Assembly: GCF_009914755.1 (NCBI RefSeq)
Contig: NC_060930.1
Direction: 5' to 3' (one strand)
Length of the DNA stretch: 64,000 nucleotides
Origin: the human T2T-CHM13v2.0 reference genome, Homo sapiens
Every line of letters begins with the position of its first letter. Position 1 is the stretch's first letter. Position numbers and translations under genes: made by a program. Positions 1-12,960 of the stretch are shown one piece after another. The notes below the pieces were generated by a model that made no database searches, was not told the DNA's origin, and worked only from the letters and a program-made list of their open reading frames with translations.

Positions 1-560
1 TGGCCGCGCCAAGCGCGCGTCCTACCCAAAGCCACCAGCCCCGCGGGGAAGGGACTCGGGCTGTGGGGCGCGAGGCCCCAGGACTCGGGGACCCCTCTAC
101 CTCGGCGGCAGCGTGCGACCCTCTTTCTAACGCGGCCGTGGATGTTTCTTCCCGGGCCGCAGCCAAGCGCGGTTCTTCCTGGGCGGTGGCTTTGGGCTTT
201 TCGTACCCACAGTCAAGTCAGTTCACGTCGCCTCCCGCACACACGCGTTCATAAAACGAAACTGGAGTTTCACGAAGCAATTCTTAGGCTTAGCGTCCAG
301 GAACGCTGTAGACGGTCTATTCTATTCTACCCCTATTCTACTCGGTTCGATTCTGTTCCTAAGAAAATGCCGATCTCGACCCACTTGTACTTCCACGAGC
401 GGAGCTGCAGCCAGCAGCTCTGCAGGACCCCGCACTGCCCGCCACCGTCCCCTCTGGCAGTGCCTTCCTCCTCCCGCTTTCCCCAACTGCTCCACTCGAG
501 GAAACAAGGGCATTTCATCTCCATCGACTTAAGAGGCTTCCCTGGAAGGAAGGCTGGCTA
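1..560. promoter_or_regulatory. 3' tail of a CpG island (promoter-like; continues left of the window)
   Basis: GC-rich with dense, undepleted CpGs (gcgcgcg, ccgcgg, gcggccg, cgacc), unlike the CpG-depleted rest of the window; no repeat sequence. Confidence 0.8.
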
Positions 561-687
561 AAAGAAAACCAGCGGAGAAGAACTTAATCCTGCTCTCAGC
601 CCCTACTCACCAATGTCTTTCTTACAGCTCTGTGAAGACTGACTGACATGAAGGTTGAGATGAGAATTTCAAGATGAATTACAAAAT

Positions 688-753
688 AGGAAAGAAGGAA
701 GAAAGGAGGAAAGGAGAAAGGGAGGAAAGAAAGGAGGGAAGAAAGAAAAAAGA
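688..753 (+). repeat. 66-bp pure polypurine (GA-rich) tract
   Basis: Only A/G from 688 to 753; contains the perfect mirror repeat aagggaggaaagaaaggagggaa (718-740). Confidence 0.9.
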
Positions 754-2762
754 CTTTGAGATACATAATTGCTAGAAGTGAGATAAATATTTAGCTTTTG
801 CATACACAAATGTACTCGTCAAATAACACATCAGATGTGATTCCTCGAAATAAACCGAACGCAAAGGCCGTACGAAAATAGCCGATCTTTAAAGGTGAGA
901 AATACTCGATCATTCTATTTCAGCTACATACAAATTAAAGAACAGCCTAAAAGGAGTTTCATCGTGTGAAAGTAACAGCCAGTCAAGCTGCCACTGAAAG
1001 CCTTTCCTGCTTATTTTCTTCAGACTTCCCTGAAACTTGGCAGGTGGGGAATTTGTTCTAGATTCATGATGGTCGAGAGGGCAGGGGTGGGACCTGCTTT
1101 GCCCTGGGTTTGGAGCTCACCTTCTCTGCTGAGCCTTCTAGAGCAGAGGCTGTCTGGATCCTGCTGAATGTCTGCACCGTGGGCTTGCAATGGGGCTGCA
1201 GCAGTACACGCAGCGACTCTCGCTGTCGTTCTCATCATCCATCACTACTTTTTCAAACGCTTTGCATTTCGCAATACACTGAAGTACCAGTTTCCTCCCC
1301 AGAGTGTTAATAGTACTAAAACAAGTTATTTCTGCTGGCCCTAAAAGTCCATATACAGATTCTTCAGGAAAAGTAGAATACAAAAAGTAGTAATTAGCAA
1401 TTTAACATAGCGCTACAAGGAAATAGCAATATAAGCAGAAAAACGAAGTAATTTATTTTTCTTTCCCCTCCCTAAATAAACTTGTATATATTTCTACAGG
1501 CTTCTATTTTGCTATAAGCGTCACACAAAGATACTCATTCTTTTTCCCCAGAGGAAGCTGTGCAATGTGGAGTCATGCAGCCCATCCCTCCCCTCTCTCA
1601 ATCCTATAGCGGCTAGACGGTGTGGAGAAACATGGTTATTGTTTAATCACATCACACTGGCTGTAAATCAACCAGCACGACATAGGATGCATTTCATGGC
1701 TGTGAACTCATAGTCAGCAAAACCCTAAAACCCAGTTTGGCTTCAAATAATCTTGGTAGGCTTGGGAAATGGAGCTTTGTATTGTAATTATGTTTCCTGT
1801 AGTTTTCTACAAGTAGCTCACAATATAAAAACAACCAGGGAACTACAATTAAGGAAAAAGAAAAATGTTTTTCAAAGGCTTAGAAACAGACCTTGCTACC
1901 ATACACTGTAAAAGTATTTCATTGAAACCAGAGACGCACCCAGTTAAACTTCTCAATTTAGTTTTGAGCCTAGCTCCAATACTGCAGTCTAGCTGCTTCC
2001 TTTAACCTTCTGCCAAGGCTCTGTCTCCCTGAAATTTAATTAGACCAAGAGACCTTGGGAAGAAAAAGGATGAGGTCCCCTCAGAACAAAACATTGGCTC
2101 TCTATGCCAGCTGTTCCTAGGCTGACATCTGGACTGGGCAGTAAGCTTATGTTCCAATCAACTTTTAAGGAAAGACTACGAGCATCCCAGCTTGTTTTAC
2201 ACTTAACTGTTCCTGAAGGAATTTCTTACTTCTTCCCATTGTGTCATTTATAGAAAAGATATAGTCAATGGTTCATCCTGCAAGGTTCTAGGCACAGGAC
2301 ATACTTAAAGGGTGGCGTGGGGAGGGCCTGTGTGGGAAAGCGCACACAGCTCTAGAAGGAGAGCAAGGATGTGGATTCCCTTCCTTAAATAAGGCTTCCT
2401 CTGGGCTGAGAAGGAATTAGGTGGTGGCAAATGCTCATACAACGGGGTCCAAACTGCTGTGCTCAGATACAGAACTGTGAGGAGTGAGAGGGGAGCGTGG
2501 GCCATGATACACGTCCCTTTAATCTTTACCTCCCTCTTAAAGATTTTTGAACTTCCACAAATCCCCTCCAATAGGGTATAATCAGCTCCTAAGGACAAGA
2601 GAGAAGAATGAGCTTATCTACTGTGCTCTTTTCTTCTTTTTTGACAGTTCGTTTCCTTCATTATACATATGCTTACAGCCTTAGTATGACAATGGGGGCA
2701 AAAGCTGAATTAAAGTGATGATTTTATGTACAGCTTCCCAAAAGGACTTCCACCAGTGCAAC

Positions 2763-2771
2763 TGGGTGGTC
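2763..2771 (-). promoter_or_regulatory. Exact GLI consensus site (GACCACCCA); motif match only
   Basis: tgggtggtc on the + strand; function not shown. Confidence 0.3.
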
Positions 2772-5700
2772 TGGAGCTTTTCTTGAAAAAAGAGAAAATA
2801 AAGCTTTGAGAAAAATTTAAAGTATTTCTATGTGAATATGACATTTCCTGAACTCTGGCTTCTGGTGTCTTCACTGTTTTCATTGCTATTCCTTAGGTGA
2901 ACTATACGGTTTCAATATGTAATTTATAATTGTCAAATTCAATTAGGTTTCACTGAGCATTTCACAGCAGCAAAACAGCAGGAGCAATGTCTCCGTCCAC
3001 ACAGCCCTCCAGATTTCTGACTCACGGACTGTGTGTATTCATTTGACCTTCGGGAGTTGTCCTTTAGCTGTACCATCCAGGCATACATTTACAGAGCTGC
3101 AAACAGCAGCATGGAGGAGGGCATGTTTGGCTGCAGCCATTTTTTAGGCTTTCCTGGCTTACGTTCTTGTTAAAGTGAACTGATAAAGCGCCAGACCAAA
3201 TGCTGGAAAAGTCATTAAGCCTGTTTCTGAGCCCACAGTAGTTAACGCAAACTCCAGAAAAGGAGAGACCATAGTGTGCCATTATCTTCTACCCTAACGA
3301 CAGGTCCCTTTCCTCAGATCTCTCCCATCTAGATAACAACGCAGCTTTAAAATCACACTGGTTAGTTTTCATTCCTTCCCCCGATGTTATTTTGATCCTT
3401 CTTTAACACATTTATTGCCTGGGATCCTCCCACCTCCATACCACTTTCTCTAAAACCATTGTGGGGAATGCTATTCAACAGACTGTATCACATAGGATGA
3501 TTTTTTGAGGTTCACAGTCTCATTTCATTTTCTCCCCTTTTCACTGAGTTTGCTTTGGGAAAACTTTAATATTTAGTTCAAACTAGGTGTTGGATGCCAC
3601 ATTTCCTCAACAGGTCTGCTTATAAGGTTTGCAAAGAACATCTGTTTAGGTGGAGAAATATTCTAAGAGTATGAGATCTTTTGGCAGATTATTGTTAAAT
3701 TTCTAATGTACATCTTGGAAGAAATTGACTCTTGATGCCCTAAATAGGAGAAGATGTATGGACAGGGATGTTAATAAGGAAAGCCGAGACTGATGAAAGC
3801 CTTGGCGAAATATCTTCAGGAATTTAAGATACAGAGCTGTGAGGGGCGCTTAATATTCTTTTTTTCCCTTCTACTTTTCTTAGAAAAGCAAAATTGAGGA
3901 ATAGCTCAGGTTCCAAGGGAATAAAAGAATGCCAGTGAATTTGGTTCTTGATCCAACTTTCTGCTAGTGTAGAGTGAATAGGAAAGCTTGACTCTTGGGG
4001 CAATGTTTCTTTTTCAGAAAGGCAGAGCTGCTAAACAACAACAAAAAGCCTCAGGAAAAAGCTCTCAAGTCTCACAGAGTATCCTAGTCAAGATTCCAGA
4101 TAGTTGAGAATAAGACTGGGAAATAACAAAAAATGAATTCTGAAAGATCCCCCAGAAAATTTGCAATATACGACATCTCTTCTTGGGTGTAGCTTGAAGC
4201 CTTACATGCTCACGAATTTATCCTTTGGTTTAATCCTTCCCAAAGAGGGAGCGAATGTCCGAGCAGTAAGAAATGCTGTGGTGTTAACAGCGGTAATGAA
4301 CATTTCCCCTCTGTTCCCTTACTGCTGTCTATCCACACAAACTGAAGTGGAAGTCAGACCTCTCCTTTCATGACAAGGGGCAATAAGAGAGGAGAAGAAA
4401 ACAGCAGGCGGTCCTGTCTGCTCAGGAAGCGGGACTCGGTGGGACTGTCCGTCGGCAGAGCTCAAACAATGCTCAGGCAGCCTCAGGGAAATGGAGTCAG
4501 TCAGCACTGGCCCGAGGAGGGTGCAGGCAGTGGAGAGGAAGTGGCAGAGGGAGGAGCAGGCCCTGCACCATGGCCTCGTCCGTGGCCACCCTTATGGAGG
4601 CTGCCGTGTGGCAATCAGCGACGGTGTAGACTTGGAATAAAACCACCACTGGACACTCCCACTGTCGCCACTGTCACCTCTGCTGGGAGCCTCCTTAGAT
4701 GACTCCGGACGTGCGGTCCAGTCCTCCTGCATGGTGCCTAATGGGCACTTTAAAATCCTCTGACCACCCCTCTCGCCGATCCCACTTTTCTGATGGGATC
4801 TCGGTAGAATTTGTCATTTGGGATCAGCGGCTGTTAAGCACTACTAAACAAATGGAAAGAAATGCATCCATCCGTATGCATGCCCCAGAAACCAGCGACA
4901 AAGTCCGGCTAGTACAGTAGAGCTTTCGTGGAAAGTAAATGAGAACGTGGTCTTCATTATATGCCTACTTGTCAATAAAGCTTAGGGTGGTAAAAAAAGT
5001 TACAGGTGTTCACTTCAGGAAAGGAGAACTTAATGGCATGTATAGTGCAACCTACATATAAATGGATCTTTTTTCATTTATATTTTAAAAATATGGTTGA
5101 CATAGTTGACATAAAACAAGAATTGTAGTTAAGCAAAAAGGGCTCATAAGCTACACAGACAACATAATTATTTAGGAGAAATACAGGATTTAAGCAAGTT
5201 AACTTCCTTTTAAACAAAGTTTTAAAACATATTCTGGAGAAAGCCCTTTCTAGCAGACATGCTGGAGATGTGTGGAGATGAGTGCGGCGGTCCTCTTTCC
5301 TCCATGGGACGAACCGCATGTGGCCTATGCAGTTTATGCCACCCCAAAGCTTGTTCCTTTCCCCAGACCAGGCGGTTGCCCTGGCTGTGTCCGCCTGCCC
5401 ATTGGCTGCCTGGCCTTTGACTGGGACAGAGGAGCATGCTCCCCACCTCCTGAGTGGGGCCCAGCCCAGGAACATGCCCACTGTCTGCCCTGTCCAGCCC
5501 TGTGCAACTTTGAGGCCTTCCCCGTTCAACCAGGCAGCAGTCTGAGCCAGCTGAGCAGAGGAAAGCACTTCTCAGAGGCTGCGCTGGGAAGCTTTTGGGG
5601 AGCTGCCTACTCATAGGTAGGTGTCTAACAGGTTTCTTTAAATGAAATAACCATATAAGACTTTGGGGATGTCATCTTGCATCATACCTATTTACAAGGT

Positions 5701-7299
5701 GCTGCGTCTGTCTGTACCTGTTCTACATCTGAATTGCAATCGTGGAGTTAATTTTTTGTCAGCTTTATTTCTTGATCCGGTGCTTACAGTAGCATCAGCC
5801 TGGGGAAAGCTAGATTAATGACTGTAACTAGAGCCCTCTTGGTTCCGGTTAGTTCACTGATCTCCACTCTGACGAGCTGAGATGGGGGGTGGCTGACTCA
5901 TAGTTGTGATGCGGGGGCCATTTAATGAAAAGGAGATAAGGTTGTCAGTGACCTCAGCATTCCAGGCTTCAAAGCCAGCACCATGTTGGTCGGAAATTAC
6001 TGGTTACTGTTAATAACTGGATCTAGGGTGTAAAGATTTACCCATGCTGGAAGGAGGTGGCAAAACCCCGAGGACAGGAGATAAAGCGCCTTTGAGTGGA
6101 CCGATTAGGGACTCTTGTGACATCGCTGGCAAGTGGCACCCTGGATACAAGAGGAAGGCCGCTGTGCTCTTGCCACTTAGGGCTTTCTACCCTCAAAGCG
6201 CTTTATAGACATCAGCTAATTAAACCACAAAACAATCACATCCAAAATGCAACTTAAGAGATTTTGTATCTGTTGCAGGTGGCCTCTTTCCTAGAGATGA
6301 AAGTTCTGTGCAAAGCAAAGTATCTCGGAGGTAAAAGCTAAAGTACTTGTCATCTGGCTTATCTTTACCCCGCACCTTCTCATCTAGGAATGCCTACCTA
6401 GGCCACAGGGGATCCTGAATTGCATAAGAGGAAGGTAATTTTCCTTAAGCTTGTTTCCTTCTAGTTTGTTAGGAAATCTACCCACCTCTTAGAAATGTCC
6501 CCCCCTCCGCCCCACCACCACTGCTTCGGACATGAGTACTACACAGTACAATGTAGATGGGGTTTTTTTCCTTTGTGGTTTTTCTCAATGTATACAGTAT
6601 ATTAAGTCCTCCAATTCAACACACCTCACTTCAATAATCCTTCCTTCCTCCCTCCCTCCCTCACTCCCCTTCCTCCTTCTCCCCAATCCAAATATAAATA
6701 ACGTAACAGGGTCATTCAAACAGGGTCTATCAAACATATACCCACAGGCTCCTCCAAATATTCATTCCCTCAGCCACTTCTTAAGCAACTCAAGGCCTAG
6801 CCAAACACCTGACCACATCCAGATTCTTGCTTTTTGGCCATTTCTCTGGGGACTTTTATATTGGAGAAAAGATTAAGACAATTACTGTGATATCTGTTAG
6901 CAAATTTTTGGAGAGGTATGGAGAGGAGATGAGCATGATGACAACTCTTTAGGTTTACTATAATTCTGTTATCACTCATTTGGCCACCCATCATCACAGG
7001 AAGGCTCAGAGGGTTTTGTCAGGTGTCTATACTACATGGTCACCTGGCATTCCTTCTTTACATCTTCATGAGAGGAACAAAGTCCTATACCGAAATGTAT
7101 CTGCAGAGGTATTTCAGCCAAGTACTTGAGAATGTCACAAAGTCATCTAGTGGTCAGGTTCTGCCATTCCTAGTCCAGCAGTCACAACACTCAATAGGAC
7201 AAAACCCTCTGTAGAATGTGTTGTAAACAATACACTTTACACACATTAATTTGAGTGGCAAAGAGGTCTCTAAGTAATAGATGGTATCAACACACAGAA

Positions 7300-7896
<597 letters not shown>

Positions 7897-7929
7897 TTCG
7901 TGGACACAACCAACATGGCGGCATTGCTG

Positions 7930-8050
7930 GAGAGACCTGGAATCACAACGTGGCTCAACCACTTAACTCTTTCTTAATAACTCTGAGATTCAGGTTTTAA
8001 ATCTGTAAAACGGGGACAGCAAGGCTTGCAAAGTTGTGTGAGAATTCAAA
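7930..8050 (+). mobile_element. MIR fragment
   Basis: 'ctctgagattcaggttttaaatctgtaaaacgggga...gttgtgtgagaatt' resembles the MIR core. Confidence 0.6.
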
Positions 8051-9639
8051 ATTGCACAGCTGCTTTTAACAGCTAGAACCATTTCTAATTCATCCTATAC
8101 AGGCTTTCCATTGAGGCTATTATTTATCACTAAAATGTAGGAAAAACGATTCTTTTCATTTCTTGCAGTAACATCATGGATGAAGATGTAATATTTTTAA
8201 GTGGGCTGTTTTATAGTTTTTCTTTGATACTTACATGCAACTTTTACCCTGCACCCCAACCCTTCCTCTAATTTTAGATAATCATTTTCTGAATAGCTGT
8301 AACAGAGTGTAGAAGATTTTGTACTCTGCTGTCCCTCAATTTCTGCAAACATTTCACAGTCTCTTGCTTGCTTGTTGCCACATATTTACTGCTTTAAGCC
8401 TTGGAGAAGCAAACGTGGACAAGAGAAGGCCGTGGCTGTCATGAAGCCCATGTTCTAGGGTCTGGCAGCACAAGAGTTGGCGGAGACCTGAGTTTCGGCT
8501 GATGGGAGTGCGAGGGAGCGACTGCAGAGGGGGCTGGCTTGTTGGAGGGCGGGAGGGCACTCTGTACTGGCTGGGCGGGGAAGGCCTTCCACAGAGGTCA
8601 CTGGATCAGAGATCTGCACAATGTGCACGGGCCGGTCACAGAAAGATCTGGGGTGTGAGGGTCTCTTGGGGACACTGCAGGTAAAAAGGCCTTAAGGGAA
8701 CCCCGGAGAGAAGGCTGCTGTGACTGGGCATGGGGAGTGACGGGGAGAGGAGCCCATGACCACGAGGCTGGGAGGGACACAGAGGCAGGCACTGTTGGCC
8801 TCCCGGGTGGTTTCTGCCATGGAGCCCAGGCCTTTCCCAGCAAAGCCACGTGGTCACAAGGCTCTGCTGTCTGGTCACAGTGACTGCCTTGGAGTATCTA
8901 CCGCCTGCAGGCTGTGGCTGGAGGTTGGAAAGCTGGCTACCTCAACCTGATGGAGCTTACAATTCTGACTTTCTGGTGCCAATTTTTGAAAGTATGGAAC
9001 TGACTATAAACTGTCATTTAGCTGTGTGTCTTTTTAAAAAGGTGGACGAGTCGTTCTTGCCCTGCATGGCCCAACTCTAATACATAATCCCTCTTCCCCT
9101 GGAAAATCTGCCACTCTTTGATGTGCTTGGTCCACCTAACCTAAAAGCACCTGGCGACTCAGGTGCTGGCCACTGCAGCGGGACTGCACCCAGCTGGCCC
9201 TGAAAGACATGGAGACTAGGGATCACCAGAGGCAGTAACCTGGCCATCCTATTCCAGCACCTGCTAGGGTGTGCTGTGATAGGGCTGTCCCTCTTCTGGC
9301 CAAATGAGGACACGCTCAGCCTCTGAAGGCTACTGAGATGCCGCTCCACCCTTCATTTCCTCCTGCCTGAAGTGAAGCTGTGACCCTGAGCTCCCCTTGC
9401 TGGTTAAAGGCCTTCTCCTTTCCCAGTAGCTCTCAAGAGGATGAGGCACAGCACTGAAACCTGTCTGTGTTTTGAAAACATTTTTACCATACTCTTGTGT
9501 GTATGTGTTTTTCTCTGTCTCTCTCTGGGTGTGTCTCTCTGTGTCCATGTGCACTATGTAAAAGTCCACTCGTTTACAGTGAGAACCCGCTCACTTTGAA
9601 CTCCATCCTTTACCGGCCCAGCACATCCAATATGGAGTC

Positions 9640-9960
9640 TGGGCTTTGCTTAGAGCCACAGTGGGGTTTTAAGTGCTGGGGGCATATGCTGCGATGCATG
9701 AGTTCAAAGATGCCTGCAGATGCTGCCTGTGGGTTAGAAAGAGGGGCAAGAGCAGGGGAGAGACCAGCTAAGAGACTCCAGTCACAGATGTGGTGAGAGA
9801 CGATGGTGGCCTGGACACGAGGGGTGGGGAGGGGACATAGCGACGGAAAGGCGTGGGTGAACTTGAGATGATCTTGGAGAAAGAGCAGAAAAGGCCTCCC
9901 TGGGGTTGGAGGCGGTGGTGGGGGAAAGAGGACTGACAGAGAACTCCTAGGATTTTCATC
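9640..9960 (-). mobile_element. L2 fragment
   Basis: 'gggttttaagtgctgggg...gagagacgatggtggcctggacacgaggggtgg' is a typical antisense L2 signature. Confidence 0.65.
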
Positions 9961-12839
9961 TGAATGAGAACGTTTTTATTGCTTTCAAAGACATTCTACG
10001 AATCAACAATGCCAGAAGCGAAGTTCTCCTAGTGGAGTCTGCGTGTGCCTCTCACCACAGCCCTGCCAGCATTACGTGTCATCTCCTTTTTCACGATTTC
10101 AAGATTAGAGAACAGGGACTCTTCCAAAAGATTACTTCTAGAGAATCACCTGTGATCTCTCATATCATTCCATGGAGCACGCCTTCTTGTTTTGATCCTG
10201 ATTTGAGGCCAAAGCCTCTCTGCTGAGCAAGTCTGCTTAGCTCTGGGAAAGGGGCTCCGTTTCACATGTCCTGGCTATGCTCCTGTGAAAGGCAGGCTGA
10301 GGGGAAACAGCTTGTCTTCTTCCGTGACCCTGGTCCACGGGACAGGCGAGGAAAGGGTTAAGGCAAGCTGTGTCCACTGCGCAACCAACATGGCCCACTT
10401 TCATCCTCCGGCTGCAGCAGGAGGAAGTCCGAGAGGGGGCCTTTCACATGACATCATAAAAGCCTGATTTATCGCCGGCCACCAAACATCTAGAAAATCA
10501 TAACATCCTTTCAGGAAAATGCAGTGGAAAATAATCAGGCTGACTTTGATGGGAGCTTTGGTGGGGACTCCGAGGGCGACACTGTGCGGCGACCCTTGGC
10601 AGGTGCTTTGTTTGCCGTCGGGGCCAGCCTCACTGACAAGGCTGAGGGTCTGTGCTGTGCAAAGCCCACCGGGGGGTGTGGCCCTCAAGTCTGCAGATGC
10701 AAACGAGAGCCTGGTTCATACTCTGCCAACTTGCCTAAAATGATACTGCGGTGGATGTGAAGGCGCTTTGGAAAAGACAGCTCTATCCAAATGTGAGAAA
10801 TTACTGATTACAGCCTTGTACATAACCCACAGCCACTCCAGGCAAGCAGGGCCCAGCCTCGGCACCTCCAGCACTGCGTCTGGGAGCTGCTCTTCTCTGC
10901 TCTCAGCTGGGGCTATCTTTAGGACACTACTGTTTGGTTAGAGCCCTTTCCTCACAAGGCACTTTTCCTACGTCGCATTTCCAGAGTAACCTGCCACCGT
11001 GGCAGCCCTCCTCATCACAAAGAGGACTAGGAGACGACAGAAAAGAGACATTCCCAGAATGTCAGCGGAAATAGAAATAAAGGGATGAGATCCGCGTGCC
11101 ACGAGGAATCTGTTCCAGGAATGTCTGCATCTCTTCGGTGCTTCTCTTGCTCAGTAATTTGATGAAACCACCAGCAGGAACCTCTTCTTTGATGTGCACA
11201 ACATGCTCTCCAAATAAACACAGGAAAGAGGGACAAGGGTGGCCTAGAGTGTGGGATAGTTCTAGAAATCTGGCCACATCAATTCTAAAAAGCCTGTTGG
11301 CGTAGAAAGTAGGCCCATCTTTGCAAAGTAATGCCCACTCTGAAGGTCTTGGGATTCCTGAGTTTGGAGAAGACAGACAATATAAAGATTGAGCCAGGGC
11401 TGACAAAGGGCTAGCCTGAGGCTGAAGTTGGGCAAAAATCAACCCTTGGACTCAATTCAAAGTTACTTTCACTTCATTTAACTGTTATACAAGGAAGCGT
11501 GCAGCATGAAGATCACTCACAAGATGATCAAGAGACTCATGTGAGAACACAGCCACCAACACCTCTCTGGCCGTCCTGAAGGTGCCTGGAAGGTTGGTGC
11601 TGATGCGGCCCCCATGGAGGAACGGGCTCCCATGGAGGGATGAGCCCCCAGGATGGAGAGCTCAGGGCCTAGCCTGACACCATGAGCCTAGGATTGGGGG
11701 CACTGGCTGCCACACAGGCAGCCCTTACCACGCTACGGTTATGTCCTTGCAAGTTTGATTCTTACCCGTACCAGTGGGCCCCGGAAGGTCTGCCCATGCC
11801 TCACCTGCCCAAGGTTCTGTGCAGGAATGGGAATGGCGTGGAAGGCAGCAGGGAGGAGAGGTGAGGCCTAGGCCTGGCCCTGTAGCACAAGCTCTGAACC
11901 TGGGCTTGCCTCACCTGCACACGGGGGATCGCTGGGACCGGAAGAACTCTAACGGCCCCTCTCCAAGCTACTGCTTGCCATTCTGCCAGGCCTGCTGGTG
12001 CTCGCATAACACCTTGAGACTGCTTCTTGCCTTGGGGACCCCGCACTGTGCCTCCTAGCCCAGCGCCAGGCATGGCTCCAGGCAGCTGTGGCAGCAGAGT
12101 GGTAGGACTGAAGGTGTCCCAGCTGGGCTCCATCTGGCTCGTTGTCTGCACTGAGTCTGAGTCAAGCCAGGTGTCTGGGGGAGCTGGGTGACTCAGCAGA
12201 TTGTCAGGTGGCAAAGGGTGGAGAGGCCTCCCTTGGCCCTGGTCTCCCTGCACCTCTGCCCAGTAAGGCCTTTCCAGGCATCTCTCCAGGCCCAGGAGCC
12301 CCGCAGCTGGGCATGTGCTTCCCGGCCGGCCCCGCAGACAGCACTTGTGAGGAGGCAGGTGGCCTGGAGGGCAGAGGTCTGACTCAGTTCTGGTGTGCTG
12401 AACAAGGCCCCGAGGAAACTACTGCTTCAAACTCTCCCCCGTGAAGGCACGGCTGGACTTCCGGGGAGCTGTCACCTGTGCCAAGTCAGGCTCTCTGGGT
12501 GCTTATGCTCTCTCGTGGCTATAAAGCGGACACTTGTGGCACCTTATTGCCCTGGGTGGAGCAGGTCACTGAAGCACTTGCATCACACATAAATAATGGC
12601 ACAAGGGGAAGCACGTTCCGCACCAGCACAGATCATAACCAAATGCCTGACCTACTGCAGACTGTTGTGGGGACAGAGGCCTCCATGCAGAAGGCTCCCA
12701 AGGGGAGTTCCCTCTGCAGTGGGCCAGTCAGTCCCTGCACTGGCTGTTCAGAATGGGTTTTTTACCAGTTTAGACAAGGGTTCCCCGAGGGCCCTTAGAC
12801 CAGCAGCAACATGCCCCCTGTCCTTCAGCCTTCTAACAG

Positions 12840-12960
12840 TCCTACGAGGTAGGCAAGGAAACGGCGGTGCTGGTAAGTGGGTAACTTGCCGTGTGCCACT
12901 CGAGGTGGATCCTGGATTCAAACCCAGGCTTATCTGACTCCAAAGACTAGGTTACTAGCC
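12840..12960 (-). mobile_element. MIR fragment
   Basis: 'gtaacttgcc...ggattcaaacccaggcttatctgactccaaag'. Confidence 0.7.

Noticed and set aside
1-7000. Assigning the locus to a named gene (e.g. a Hedgehog target) from the CpG island plus GLI site
   Set aside because: No exon sequence I recognise; a BLAT search is required.
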